From contig NW_021834632.1 in assembly GCF_006345805.1 (NCBI RefSeq), positions 1 to 46,341 of the forward strand: a stretch of DNA of 46,341 nt, read 5' to 3'. This stretch comes from Octopus sinensis. Taxonomy: Eukaryota. Below the pieces are notes generated by a model. It was not told the DNA's origin. It did no database searches and saw only the letters and a program-made list of their open reading frames with translations. Positions within the stretch are counted from its first letter, which is position 1, and every line of letters begins with the position of its first letter. A program made the translations under genes and the position numbers. Positions 1-13,400 of the stretch are shown piece by piece.

Positions 1-169
1 TATTTTTTAAATGATTAATCATTGTAACAAATCACTTTTTAAAGTTAATAAAGTTAAAATCAAGTAAAAAAAAGTTAAAACAAGGTTTTAAAAAAGATGA
101 AATTTCTCTAAAAAGTAATTTCTTTTTAGATTCTGAAAAGAATAAATAAATTTATTGATATATATATTT

Positions 170-830
170 ATGTATTGATTAAACCTAAATTTGATATATA
201 TTTCTGCAAATTTTTAGTAGAACTGTTGTCTGGGGCTATCACTTTGGAGCTCTTTTTAGCACTCCCTATGACTTGTCCTACCTTTCAATTTTTTTTTATT
301 CTCAACTCATTTGTTTCTGTAATAGTAATTGTTGTTGTTGCTTCTACTTTTGTTCTTGCAGTTGTAGCTGCTGCTGCTGTTGTTCATTCAGTTGTTGTTG
401 TTTCTGCCATTGTTCTGGCAGTTGTAGCTACTGCTGTTGTTGCTTCTGCCGTTGTTCTGGCAGTTGTAGCTGCTGCTGTTGTTCTTTCAGTTGCTGTTGT
501 TGCTGTTTTTGCAGCCCGAGCAAACCAGCCAACAAATTTTCCCAAATTTTGCAATTTTTATTTTCCGTAAATTCACACCAAAAAAGCTTTTGTGCGTTTG
601 TTAATTCCTCATTGACACTGTTTTCATCCTTAATGTTGGATTGTTATAATATCCACTCAGGTATAGTAGCATAGTTAGTAAGACAAGTAAGACTACAACT
701 ATCTATGACCATATATTTCATATTCTCTCTCAACACTGACAGACATCCTCTTATTTATAATGACTACCACATACCATTTGTCATGTGGGATGGGTGAACG
801 ATTATTATTCTTATCCCCACAACAAGAATA
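170..830 (-). mobile_element. Decayed 5' end of a Gypsy (Mag/K02A2.6-like) LTR retrotransposon: LTR remnant, PBS, poly-Q gag N-terminus
   Basis: Minus frame reads NLLAGLLGLQKQQQQLKEQQQL... with in-frame stops; TGTCAATGAGGA (rc of about 606-617) resembles a CpG-decayed TGGCGACGAGGA PBS just upstream. Confidence 0.5.
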
Positions 831-888
831 CTCATACATCACAAAGTAATTAAAACTAGAGAGAGCTCCTAAATGTTTATGGATATAT

Positions 889-953
<65 letters not shown>
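889..953 (+). repeat. (TAA)n microsatellite
   Basis: Direct observation. Confidence 0.95.
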
Positions 954-954
<1 letters not shown>

Positions 955-1290
955 GCTTAAAATGAAGTTAAAATGTGTCAAAGTAAAAAAGTAAGATTTA
1001 AAAATTATGAAAATAAGGTTAAAATCAAGTAATTTTCAAGGTTAAAAAATGTTTCTTGACAATTACTCATATAAACAAGACAATTCCAAACATTTTTCTA
1101 TAAATTTTAAGAAAGACAAAAATTCCCTGAAAGGATAGCTTTTATATTAAATTGTTTAAGAATTAAGTTTAGATCAACAGTCTAGAAAATTATAACTTTA
1201 TATACAATTTTGTCTAAGAATATATATTTTTTCTTCTCATTCTACTAACATAATGAAGTACATTTTTATGTACTACTTCATTTGTTTTAG

Positions 1291-1455
1291 GTGGAGTACA
1301 GTAAATTCAGTCTTAGCTTGAAAACTTTGGATGGTAAACCATTCACTGCTCTTAAAGTTATTCCAGTAGAATCAGTAATAGAAACAACTATAGCTCTGAG
1401 TGTTAATAATCCTGATGAACTTGATTATGAAAAGGAAAAACAAATGACATTTAAG
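1291..1455 (+). CDS. Cadherin exon 1 (in window): VEYSKFSLSL...ELDYEKEKQMTFK
   Basis: ttttag acceptor, gtaggt donor, 165 nt, phase 0/0, LDYE motif; FSLSL..V.P..TI..V.N..LDYE pattern recalls CDHR1/Cad87A-type repeats. Confidence 0.9.
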
Positions 1456-4400
1456 GTAGGTATGTTCTTGAGTTTAATTTGAATGAATGTAACTTGATAT
1501 AAGCATGGGATGAAATTTAGTATTGTACAAATAAACTTCAAATCTGTTGCTATCCCCTTCATATTTTATACATTATCCTTTAACATAGCTTACTGTCATT
1601 TAAAAATATGGTAAACAAGTTTTCCAATTTTAACATATAGTGTGCAGTGCAGTGAGATAAAGGAGTTCACTTTATTATCACACAGTCTTAAGTGGTATCT
1701 CAACTTTACCCATAGGTATAGGAACCCACAAATTACATTAGTGGTCAGTTTTCTTTTGCTTCCACACACTGTGTGTCTTTCTAGCAAGCAACTTTTCCTA
1801 ACACTCTCCTAAGGTCACACAAGCTTCATTTTTGTCATTCTGCTTCTACCACTAAACTGCTGACTACTACTATAACCTTGTCCACTGACCCTGCATGTGA
1901 ATAAAAGCTGTAAACAATATTTTTCTTTCCCATGTTTAATTATTACACTTGTTATTACACAGAGTTTGAACAATTTAACCATAACATAACTTATTACAGT
2001 TGTGTTTCGGTGTTATCACTTTCCCGCATCTGCATTTATCACTCTTTGATACACTTTATCTCGCCAAGTTTGTTGAGGACATCACAGGATGCATGATTCG
2101 TAAAACTTAGTTGTGATGTACTCCGTTTTGATATTTCATCCCAATTCATCTCTCTGTCAGTTAGGTACTTTTCTTCTCTTGTCATTTGTCCATGTTGAGA
2201 AGCTCTCTTTGAAAAACATTGAGGGAATAAATAAAAGAAGGAAAATGGCAGTGATTATTTGTTGATGCTAATAAATTGTCCCATATCTCTGCACTTTCAA
2301 AGACAACTGGGCTAAAATATCTTTACTTGAAAAAATAAGTAAGGTTTAACAACAGGAAGAGCATCTGACTGTAAAAATAGTTCCTCAATAAATATTGAAT
2401 CCATGTGAGACTGGAAAAGCAAACATAAAATGAAGAAATGAAGAAACAAATGTTCAATTCAACAGATCATATCTTTATATGTATGGTACAGGATTGAAGC
2501 ATATTAGATTTGAAATCTAATAATTGTAAAATACCACATGGCACATATGTATATAGGTGAAAGCCATGAGTATTCAGGGTTGGTTACAGGATTTCTGTAA
2601 TGTTGTGTTTCTTCTTAAACTTCTAACAGATCTTTTTGAAGAGTGTCATTTTGTTAAAATATACTTACAAATTTTCTTGTGTGCATTTTCACTAAGTTTT
2701 GCTATGAGCTCAGAGGAATTGTTTTATCTATCCAGCCAGTATTTAAAGCAATTAAAATTTAATTATTATCAAAATATAGAGATAAAAAGGGCACGTGGAA
2801 TACTTTGTGATGTCCTAGTTCAGTGGCCTATTATTTTGAACCTCTTGAGTTATGATGAAGTCAACCAATAGGATTTTACTTCAGGTTTTACATTTCTCAA
2901 TATTATAATGATAATGAAGGGAGAGGAGAAGTTTTTGAAGTCAAAGCTGAACATAGCAACAATGATAATAATGAGGATGTTGATAGCAACAATGATGACG
3001 ACAACAATGATAAGAGATTAACATTTTTTCGAAAATGAATTACATACTTTGTTATTGTTGTGGTTGGTCTCAGGTTCAGTCCCACTGCATGGCATCTTGA
3101 GCAAATGTCTTCTACTATAGCATCAGGTTAACCAATGCCTTGTGAAATTCCGTCAGTGGAAACTGTGTGGAAGCCCATCGTGTGTGTGCATGCGTGTTTG
3201 TTGTCCCCTCACTGCTTGACAACTGGTATTGATTTGTTTATTTCTAACTTACCAGTTTTTTGGGGGGAAAAAACGATAGAATAAATACCAGACTTGAAAA
3301 AATAAGTAATAGAGTCAATTTTTTTTATCAGACCCTTGAAGGTGGTGCCCCTTTTTTATTTATGAATTTTCCAGATTGTTGCTGAAGATAAAGCTTCATC
3401 TAAAGCCAGTGAAGCTAATGTTACTCTAGAAATATTGCCTGTGGATGAATTTCTTCCCCAATTTTCTCAGCAAAAATATCAAGTAAATGTCTCTGAAGAT
3501 AAAACTGTTGGTAATCTGATCACCATAACTGTAAGTATGAAATAATTTCCCTTTAAATATTTAAGACAAATTGTTAATAATTCAATAATTTTATAGACAA
3601 TTAACATCATCTTTAAAATGCATATATACAGTCTTTATATCTCTACCATGTTTTTAATTGTTTGATCACTGATCATCTCAGGTACATTTTCTCGGATATG
3701 TACATACTGACCACTGTACATGCAGCAATAGCCTATGGATAAGGACTTTATCCTGAGCTTAGGAAAAATGGTTTTGAATCAAATCTAGCATGGTATCATG
3801 CATATATCAAGTGGTATAATAAATGATTATGAGCAGAAAGCAGCCTAATCAGAACATTGTGTACATATAAAAATATACATCTAAATAAGAAAATGTATAA
3901 TCTTATTAAATTCACTTTATTTTTCAACCACAATTATTCATGAGGCCAATTTAGGCTCTTTTGTATTAATGTGATCAGAGATGCATTTTCTGTTGTATAA
4001 AAAAGTTGTCTTTAGATTTTTCCCATGGTGGGATTTGAATTTATAATTGTAGTCATTTCTAAAGTTCTATCTAACCAACAGTAGTTACAGAGTTAGTTTC
4101 TGAGATAACTATCACAACCATTTTGTGCTGGTTTATCCATATTTGTATGAGTTAGAAGTGTTTTCCACAGTACAAAATTTCCCTCTTGTTTTAGTTCTTT
4201 ATTGTCCCCTTGGTGAGCGGTTCCATCACTTGAGATCGATCAACAAATTGTTGATCATGTATAATTGGACCTTACTTTGCATTTTGAAGATCTGTAGGGT
4301 CAAATGAGTGTGCTGGGGTTGCTTAGGTTTAATTTTTGGATGCTGATAAATGAAGTTACACAGTACCATGAGATGGTCTTGGAAAGAAATGCTTTTCAAT

Positions 4401-7400
4401 TGCAGTAGTACTAGCATGGTTGTTTAACACAGAATCCAGAGAACTTTTGCTGTGTCTTGTTGATTTGGCTATAAGATGAGGCAGAAAAAAAATGTTCTTA
4501 ATGTTGAAAAGTGTCTTTTTTTATGCTTTATCCAGGGTCAAGATGCAAATTCTATATTCCAAAAATATTTATAGATTCTTTCACATACTTGTTCTTTCCC
4601 TTGCTCACTCACTTACTTCCTTCCTCCTTCCCTCCCCCCTTTCTTTAACTCTGTGGAGGAGTGAAGGGAGACATCAGAATCGGAAGCAAGGGAAAAAGAG
4701 TGATGTCAGGACTGGAAGTGAGAGGAAATGGCATCATGTCAAAAGTGAGACATTTGAAAAGCTACTTTCTTCATCAAGATGTTGATGGGGACAGACATAT
4801 GGAAGGGATCTCAGAGGGAGAGTAGTTTCTGGCCAGGAGTTGGGGTAGTGTACACATGTAGGTATGGCCAATGAATTCCACTGATCCTTGTGAAGTGAAA
4901 CTTGATACACTTTTCTGATTTTCTTTTGAGGTAAGAGCATTCTAATTTTTTCCTTTCCTTCTAGGAATTTGCAATTTATTTATCAACAACAATATTACAT
5001 ACCCACATCCATAGATATGTATACGTGTATGTCAACATGACCAAACAGTCTGAGCTGACATTCCTGAATCATATAAGTAATAGATTGCATCACAGTTTCT
5101 GTGTATAGTCCTTGGTTGGATATAAAATTCAACCAGTGGACCCATAATCTTGCAAAGTGTCCTGGTACCAAAGGAATTCAGGCTGCTCCTTCTAGTTTTA
5201 AGTCCTAAAATTCATCATTAATTAATTTGTAGTATAATATCTTAGCTAATTTTTTCAGTTATGGAAATATTTATTTATATTTTAGGCTACTGATGATGAT
5301 TCAGGCAAAGATGGAGAAGTGACATATGCAATATTTGGAGACAATAGGTAAGTAAATAATATTCAGATTGTGATTTTATTTGCATATGAAAGTTGAAATT
5401 GAATCTAATTGCTGGTTCCTTTCTTTGTATCTTACATTTAGCATTGCTTTATATCATAAATTTTAATTTGTTGATTACATTATAAAGTAAAATGCTAGAC
5501 ATATACTTATAGATGCATGAAAAATCAATCTTTCTTTCAAACAAAAACATAATTATTACATAGCAATGAAATATTATCATAACACCACCTAAAAATAAAG
5601 ATAAAAGTGTATAGCACACAACTAGAATTTTAAAATATGCTCCAAATACTAGGCCTTGCTATCTCTGAGGTAGGGTAGGTTTTCCTTGTCAAAAACACAT
5701 ACTCAATATAGTAAAGATTGCATCAAATAGACTGACCTTCCCTTTCAGGCACCCCCGCCAAAAAAAAAGAAAATACTTCATTCTCCAAAAATTATTTACC
5801 TCGTACTAAGTTGAAGAAAACCTCACAACTGTGTGTTGTGCCTATATTGGATTACATAATTTTTTTTTTTATATTTTACTTAATTTTTTTGTCTTAAGTT
5901 CAAATCTTGCCAAAATCAATTGTACCATTCTTTCTCTGGGGTTGATAAAATACGTTGTAGTCATGTTTAAATGAATTCAAATATATGTGTATGCAATCTT
6001 CATGCATAATGCATTGTAGTGACATGGTTAACAATGAAACCTTCATTTTGTAATTATATCTTTGTTTTGAAGTATATTGTCTTAGAAATAGTTGACTTTA
6101 CTTTTCAGAAATTAAGCTATTCAGTTTCACTTACTTTTGCTTTTTCTAGTTTTGTATATACTTATGTCTTCTCATTTTCTCTTCTGAAACAGTTTCACTA
6201 TAGACAGCAAAAGCGGTACTATATCAGTCTCAAAGAAGCTGGATTATGAAAAAGTAACTTTTTATAGTTTACTTGTTGAAGCCACTGATGGAGGTAATCG
6301 AAAAGCGACTGTTGATTTAGATGTTTTTGTGAAGGGCATTAATGATAATGCCCCTATATTCAGACCAAAATTCTATACTGGACTTCTGAAAGAGGGCAAA
6401 ACCAGTTTTGAGTATGAAATCACTGTTCAAGTAAGTTATTCATTGTCTGTATTTTATTCCATTGTCTTGACGTGCTTGCATGAAATAGATTTCACTGTAG
6501 TCTCATATAATTACAGAAATTATTCTTGTCAACACTTTTTAGCATTCAGCTTTTTATCCAATGGATTAAACCAGGCTTTATTTCTTTTTCTGTATTTTTT
6601 ATTGTTGTTTGTGATGAGAGAAAACTAGGTTCTTGCACATAATTGCTTGAAAAACACAGTAATGTATTCTATAACCTCTATAGATAGCAAAAATCTGCAC
6701 TGGAGATTAAAATATAATCTAGAACAATCTGCCATTTAACTAAAATATTATAACATCTATGATGAAACAACTCTTTTCTTTAGTCAAGAGATCCTTCTAC
6801 AATGATAAACTTCAAATTGAACAAAAATAATAAAAATTCCATAAGACCTATAAAAATCATTTCATCGCATAAACTTAAAATCTTTCTAAATGATATGAAC
6901 CAAATGAAAAATAGATGTAATTATTAAAATAAGTAATCTATTCCTCTGGATAATCAGTGTGCAAGTTAAATACATTGCATATCAGACAAATACAATTGAG
7001 AACAGAATTTGCTGTGCTGTATTAGACAGGGTGTTTGTGGGTAAATTTGACAGCTTGCACAAAAGGAAAACAAAACAAAATATCTCATCTAAAAATATCA
7101 ACTAGATTATAACTGCAAGATAACAGTTTATACAAAGTAGTCACTCTTAGCTTCCAGCACAGCCTCAAAGGGATTCCAGAACCTGGTTCATGCATTCCTC
7201 ACTGTGTCCCTGAGAAGATCTTCAAATACCACCTTCATCTTGGCTACCAGCTCAGCCTTGATGTTGCAGGCAGAGTGGTTAGTGTTTTTCACAATCATGC
7301 TCTGTGAGATTACATATGGGAGGAATTAGTTGACCGGAAATTGGGGCTTTTGATGTAGAAATTCTCTGACAACCACTTCTGACTCTTTCTGGAGGTATGG

Positions 7401-10400
7401 CAGGGAGCTGAAATCTACTACCACACATATGGCCTTCCAGCAGCAATACTCTCTAGCCAAGGATTGCCCACTGTCTCCAGTAGCTTTACATAGCTGTCTG
7501 AATTGAGCCTAAGGCCTTGTTCAGAGAAGTGGGTTGACATGATGTCACCCTCACTGAAGATACACCCAAAGACCATCACAGTTTAGAGGAACTGGTTTTC
7601 ATATGTAGAATATCACATGAATTGTAGGCAAGATACCTGGTGTTCTGGATGTTGTGTAACTAGTTTTGGCAGAAGTTCTTTCCATCTGAGGAGAACCAGA
7701 TCATCCCTGGCTCAACATGATACCTCAGCATTTTCAGGAGCTTTTTTGCCTTTATCAAGCAGTTCTTGGTGGTGAGTCTAATGCCCATTTCTCTTGCCAA
7801 AGTCCTGATTCTTTTGCTCAGATCTTCCATTATCTAGTCCAGTAGTTTTGGGATTAATCATGGAATGCAGACACAATCAGAATGCCTGTTGTGTCCCTTC
7901 CTACTGACCACGCAACTGTCCATGTCACATCTTACAGCCTTTACAGTGTTCACAGAGCATTGAGCAACAGTCATGGTATCAGCATTTTCTTACCTGGTGT
8001 GGACCATCATGATACAGGTAAATTTTTCCAATATTCAGAAAGCGTCCAGTCCTCTGTGTCAGTTATCTTTTTCTCAACTACAGCTTTAATCTTAATGCTC
8101 TCTCCAACACCAATGACTGTTCACCAATACATCAAGATGTTCCTGATAAAAGGAGATATAAAAAGTGTCAAATTTAGCCCAGACATCCCGTGCATAGGCT
8201 TAAAAAACCCCACAAATTTAAGAGCTGACTATGCCAACAATGAGTTCATTCAAGAGCCATCACAAAGAAAATTATGCATCATTCTGAAAACAAATTTGGC
8301 AAAGAAAAGATATGGGTGAGTGTATTGATATTGTATAAACTCTCTTGGGCAGATCAAAATGCTGCTGTTAATGTTTAACTGAGAAATATCATATTGTAAA
8401 CTACCCAACCCAGTATTGAAAAACAGAGCCAATGATAATTTTGGTCAACAAAGGCAGGATTGGCAGTAATGTTTATATGCATCCACTACTGGTTGAATAT
8501 TTTTCACTTTTTACGTATTCCCAATATTACAGTTATTATATAATTCCAAGCTCCTAGCAGCAGCTATCAGACCTGAAATACCATGCCTCCTCCCCTTAGT
8601 TTTATGTACCTTTTATACTTCATGTAAATTTGTTCTGTAAATATACAAGTATTTATGTTCTTATACACGAATGTTCATCTTCTGAATATATATACGTGTA
8701 TATATATCTATAAGCATGTATGTATGTCTCTATAAATACAGTCATCGGTGTGTGGGCTTGTATGTGGTGTGTGTCTCTCTCTACACATACACATATAGGC
8801 ATTCATGCAAGGTCAAAATCATGCATAACTACATCCAGTGGGAGCAAACAACTAAGTCTGTATGTATAAATTTGTATGTAAGTATTTGTCATAGCACTAG
8901 TATTAGTGTGAACCCAAATAGTGATTAATGTGCAAGCAGACATAAGTGTGTCTGTGCTCTCGCATGTGTGTATATATGTATATGTGCCTGTATATGTGTA
9001 TGTGCATGTTTATGACTATATATGTATATGTGGATGCATACAGATCTATCTGCCTATTGATGTAAAAAAATATTGATAAGTCTGTGTATGTATGTGAAAT
9101 GGTGCACATGCATGTATAAATGTGTGTGTGTGTGTGTGTGTGAGTGAGTACATATTTGTGTAAATAGGCGTATGTTGGGATATAGATGTGTGCCAAATAG
9201 TAAGTGTTATGACCTTACCACCACCCGGAATGATGTCTGGCCATATGATGTCATGTTGGCAAGGACGGCTAACTATCAAAGGATTTATTACCACCAGCTC
9301 ATTTCCAGAATAGCAAGACAGATATTGACAGACTTAATGGATTTGTTTTATTTTAATTTATTGTATGCTTTATTTTCCTTAATCTTTACATTGTATTATT
9401 TTCTTAATTACATCCTGTTTGTATCCACAGCTTAGCACTTGATTTATTCTTTGCAGTTCCTACTCAATGTATCTTAAATATGACTGCTATCAACATGCTC
9501 TAGTTGATATGAAAAGTGAAATATTACTTATGTAATGAGAAACTGTGTTGCATCACCTAAAGAGATACTTCTGCCCCATGTGGTGCATCATATTTCATTG
9601 TATAGTCTCCCAGCTGTATGGGAGAGTTGCATGATATGTTGAAACGATCATTGTGACAATAAAGTTTCTAGTATATTCTATCTTTCGCATCTATTGTTTT
9701 TACTGAGGAATTCCTGACATAGAGCCAGCAATGATTGTGCAATTATCATGGATGACACCAGGTAGCCATAGGCAGTGAACATTCTTTATCAGCATTCTAC
9801 TAGAGAAACAGCTAACACAAAGTTTAAATTTTGAATTTAAATTTAAACTTTACTTTTAAAACACACACACATACACACACACACACACTCATACACATAT
9901 ATATGTATGTATATGCATTCACTTTGAAAATGTCATAAATGATAGACCCTTGAGGAAATTGCAACAACTAGGATGCATAATTGCATACAGAGCAATGTGC
10001 AATTTCTGCAGTAGAGACATATGTAGGTCATGGTTATATAATTTCTTGAAACTTATTGATATTTGAATTCTTGACTATGAACTTTAGAGCCTTCCATTCT
10101 TGCCAGTGTAACATAATTTGCATATGAGCTTTGAAAATATATTAAAAAATAAAAGAAATTCTCTTCCTTTTTTAATCTATCAAATTACTATTATGTAGGA
10201 TTTCATCATGAAGGAAACCATCCTAATGTGGGGAGGGCATTATGTTTCTGTATATGAAACACTTTAAACGCCATTTATACATTAATGTATCCCTAAAATT
10301 TACCTGAATTTATATATTTTTACCAATTTATTTATCCCTGAATTAAACAATTTTGAACTCTTATCCAACAATTCACATAAACATCAAATTCTTAATTGAT

Positions 10401-13400
10401 TGGAACTATTCCTTTTGGAAGCTTTTACCTTGGAGCTTTGTCTCTTTATTTGTCACTTCTCCATTTGGTACCTGAACCCAACGTACATAATGCATGGTTT
10501 TTACATGTAATTTTATTCACTTATTTATATAAATTTATATGTATATTTATTTACTGTGTGCTTTAATTATACTTTGAAATTTTTATTGATTACTTAGATG
10601 TGTTACTTCTATAATTTCTCTTATCCTTTGATTTAGCTCGCAATGAGCACTTCTTAATACAGCCCATATATTGTGAAGCATGCTTAAAAACATATTTTAT
10701 AAGAAAATTTAACTTAAAATATATATATACTACACTCATGGAGTAGTTGGCGTTAGGAAGGGCATCCAGCTGTAGAAACACTGCCAAATCAGACTAGAGA
10801 CTGGTGCAGCCTCCATGGCTTACCAGACTCCGGTCGAACCGTCCAACCCATGCTAGCATGGAAAACGGACGTTAAATGATGATGATGATGATAATCATCA
10901 TCATCATCATTGTTTAATGTCCGCATTCCATGGTGGCATGAGTTGGATGGTTTGACTGAGGGCTTGCCAGCCACAAGGCTGCACCAGGCTCCAGTCCAAT
11001 CTGGCAATGTTTTTACAGCTGGATGCCCCTCCTAACACTAACCAATCCTAGAGTATAGCAGATTCTTTTTATGTGCCACTGGCTCAAGGGCCAGTCAGGT
11101 GATATTGGCATTGGCCATGCTTGAATGGTGCCTTTACATGCCACCAGCATGGGAGCCAGTCAGGCGGCACTGGCAACGACCACACTCGAATGGTGCTTTT
11201 ACATGCCACCAGCACAGGAGCCAGTCAGATACAAATCTTACGTAATGAGGAGAGGTCAATTCATGTCAGAAAAACAAAAGAAAACTGTTTGATCAGATCC
11301 AAAAGGCTTTTGAACAAACTTAAAATCCATCAGAAGATGGTGTGATTTGGTTTTTCTCATATAAGAAAAACTTTGACCAAGACCAGAAAACTAACAGAAG
11401 AAATGACAGATGGCTATATGCAAACCCTTCTGAGGTTTCAAGAGTAATGCACACAAAATTTCTTGTAAGTGTCATGGTTTTGGGTGTTGTTTGCAATGAA
11501 GGACATGTGATGCCTCCTCACTTTTTTCCACAAGGCCTTATGGTTAATGCTGCTGTGTATATTGAAGTTCTGGATAAAGTTGTTAATTCCTTGGGTCAAA
11601 AGTGTATGCAATGGAAGGCCTTATGTCTTTCAGCAAGATTCTGCATCATCACACAAGGCTCAAATGACACAAGAATTGATGGCCAACAATTTGCATGATC
11701 ACATCACTCCCACCATTTAAACTCCTAATTCTCCAGATCTCAATCTGCTGGAGTATTGTTGACAAAAATCTCAATGAACACCTCCATAGGACTTAAAATT
11801 CTTTGAAAGGTGCCATAGTTTGAGTCATGTCTGATATGAACAGGGACAACTTAATCCGAGCTTGTAAATGATTTTGACTCCACGTAGAGACACTTATTGA
11901 TGCTTATGGTGGTTTTATTAGATGAAATTATTAAATTGATAAGTTAGCTTTATGTTGATGTTATTTTCATAAAAATACAATTTTTTTCTGTTACCAATTT
12001 TAAAACCACAAAATCTGTCCTCAAATACTATCTACATGCACATGCACACACACACATGCTGGTTTTCCTCTTCTAAAGTGGTTGTAACTCATGAGACAGA
12101 TCAGTTTTGGGGAATTCTCTATTGTAATTATTATGTATTAATTTTGTAAAAGTGGTTAGTTTGAAGGGTAATTTCTTGTTGATTTCTCTTTCACTATAGG
12201 CAACTGATGCTGATAAAGAGAATTCAGGTAATTCTCAAGTAAAATATTCAATAGTAAATGCTAGTCAAGTCCTTTCAAACAGTTTTTCCATAAATGCACA
12301 AAATGGAATTATTACTCCATCAAATATAGATTATGAAAGCCTGACTGATAATGTCATCCAGTTAGTAGTCAAAGCTGAAGATAATGGTAAACCAGTCAAG
12401 GAAGATACTGCTGTTGTTAATATCACTGTATTGGTGAGTACTAAAAATCTAATATTTCTAACATTTTGACATTGTAAAAATATTGAATTAAGGGTAAAGT
12501 CGTTAATTATATTAAATCAGGATTGAATCTTGTACTTTGGTGATGGAGCTATATTTGTATACTCAATAAGGCTGCTTTTTGTAAGACATCAATCTTGCAT
12601 GGGATTTCCAGTTGCCTTAAGATTTCCAGTTGCCTTAAGAAGTTTTGACTTTTAATGGGATTGAGCCCAATGCTCCAATCACCACTGGTATCACTTTTAC
12701 ATTATCCTCTCATTCCATACAGTTTTGTCATATCCACTTTCAATTTGGAGTATTTGGTGATTTTTTGCAACATCTTTACTCACAACATTCATGTCATTTG
12801 GTATGGCTACATCAATGATCTGATAGTATTTGTCTCTCTTATTCAATATGACAATATCCGGCTGACGGTGTTCGATTACATGATCCATCTGAAAATCATA
12901 GTCCCAGAGTATCATTACTTTTCCATCCTCCTGCATAACTTTACTTGATACATGCTCACACCAGTTCTCTGTTACTTCATATTGGTATTTACAGTATAAG
13001 AGCCAATGAAGATACACACACACTTTATCATGGTGGCATTTGTATTCTTTTTGTGCAAGGCTTTCACATCCACTTACCAAGTGGGTCACATTTTCCACAC
13101 TCTTTCCACAGAGTCTGCATTTCTGGGTGTCAGAAGTTTTGTAGATGTTATACTTCATTGAATTGGTAGCGAGAGCCTGATCTTATGCAGTAGTGATCAG
13201 GCTTCCAGTGGTACGCTTCAAATCACCTCACTCAAGCCATGTTCACGATGCTGTATTATCCTTATTATCTTGTGTATTCCTTTCAAATTGTCCATGCATT
13301 CTCATTTCAAGAAGGTCTTCTTTTCTCTTCTCAGCTCTTTGCTTAAATTCATCTTTGCCCATCATTCATTGAATTTACACCCATATCTTTCATGGTATAT

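Noticed and set aside
175-674. Val/Ala-rich and Cys-rich plus-strand ORFs resembling membrane or metallothionein-like proteins
   Set aside because: Antisense and alternative frames of a decayed (CAG/CAA) poly-Q tract; intronic, with no splice support
1800-2230. Minus-strand peptide-like stretch (..WRDKVYQRVINADA..) faintly like a DNA-transposon motif
   Set aside because: Several stops and no diagnostic motif I can name with confidence
2890-3050. Acidic Asn/Asp-rich open stretch that could be an extra exon
   Set aside because: Degenerate (AAT/GAT/AAC) microsatellite; exons 1 and 2 already join into a continuous cadherin repeat
4250-4940. Possible DIRS-type RNase H relic on the minus strand
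   Set aside because: Only a vague INIL..VAF resemblance; insufficient support
9531-9718. TG...CA bounded 188-bp segment with AATAAA, like a solo LTR
   Set aside because: No target-site duplication and no second copy in the window
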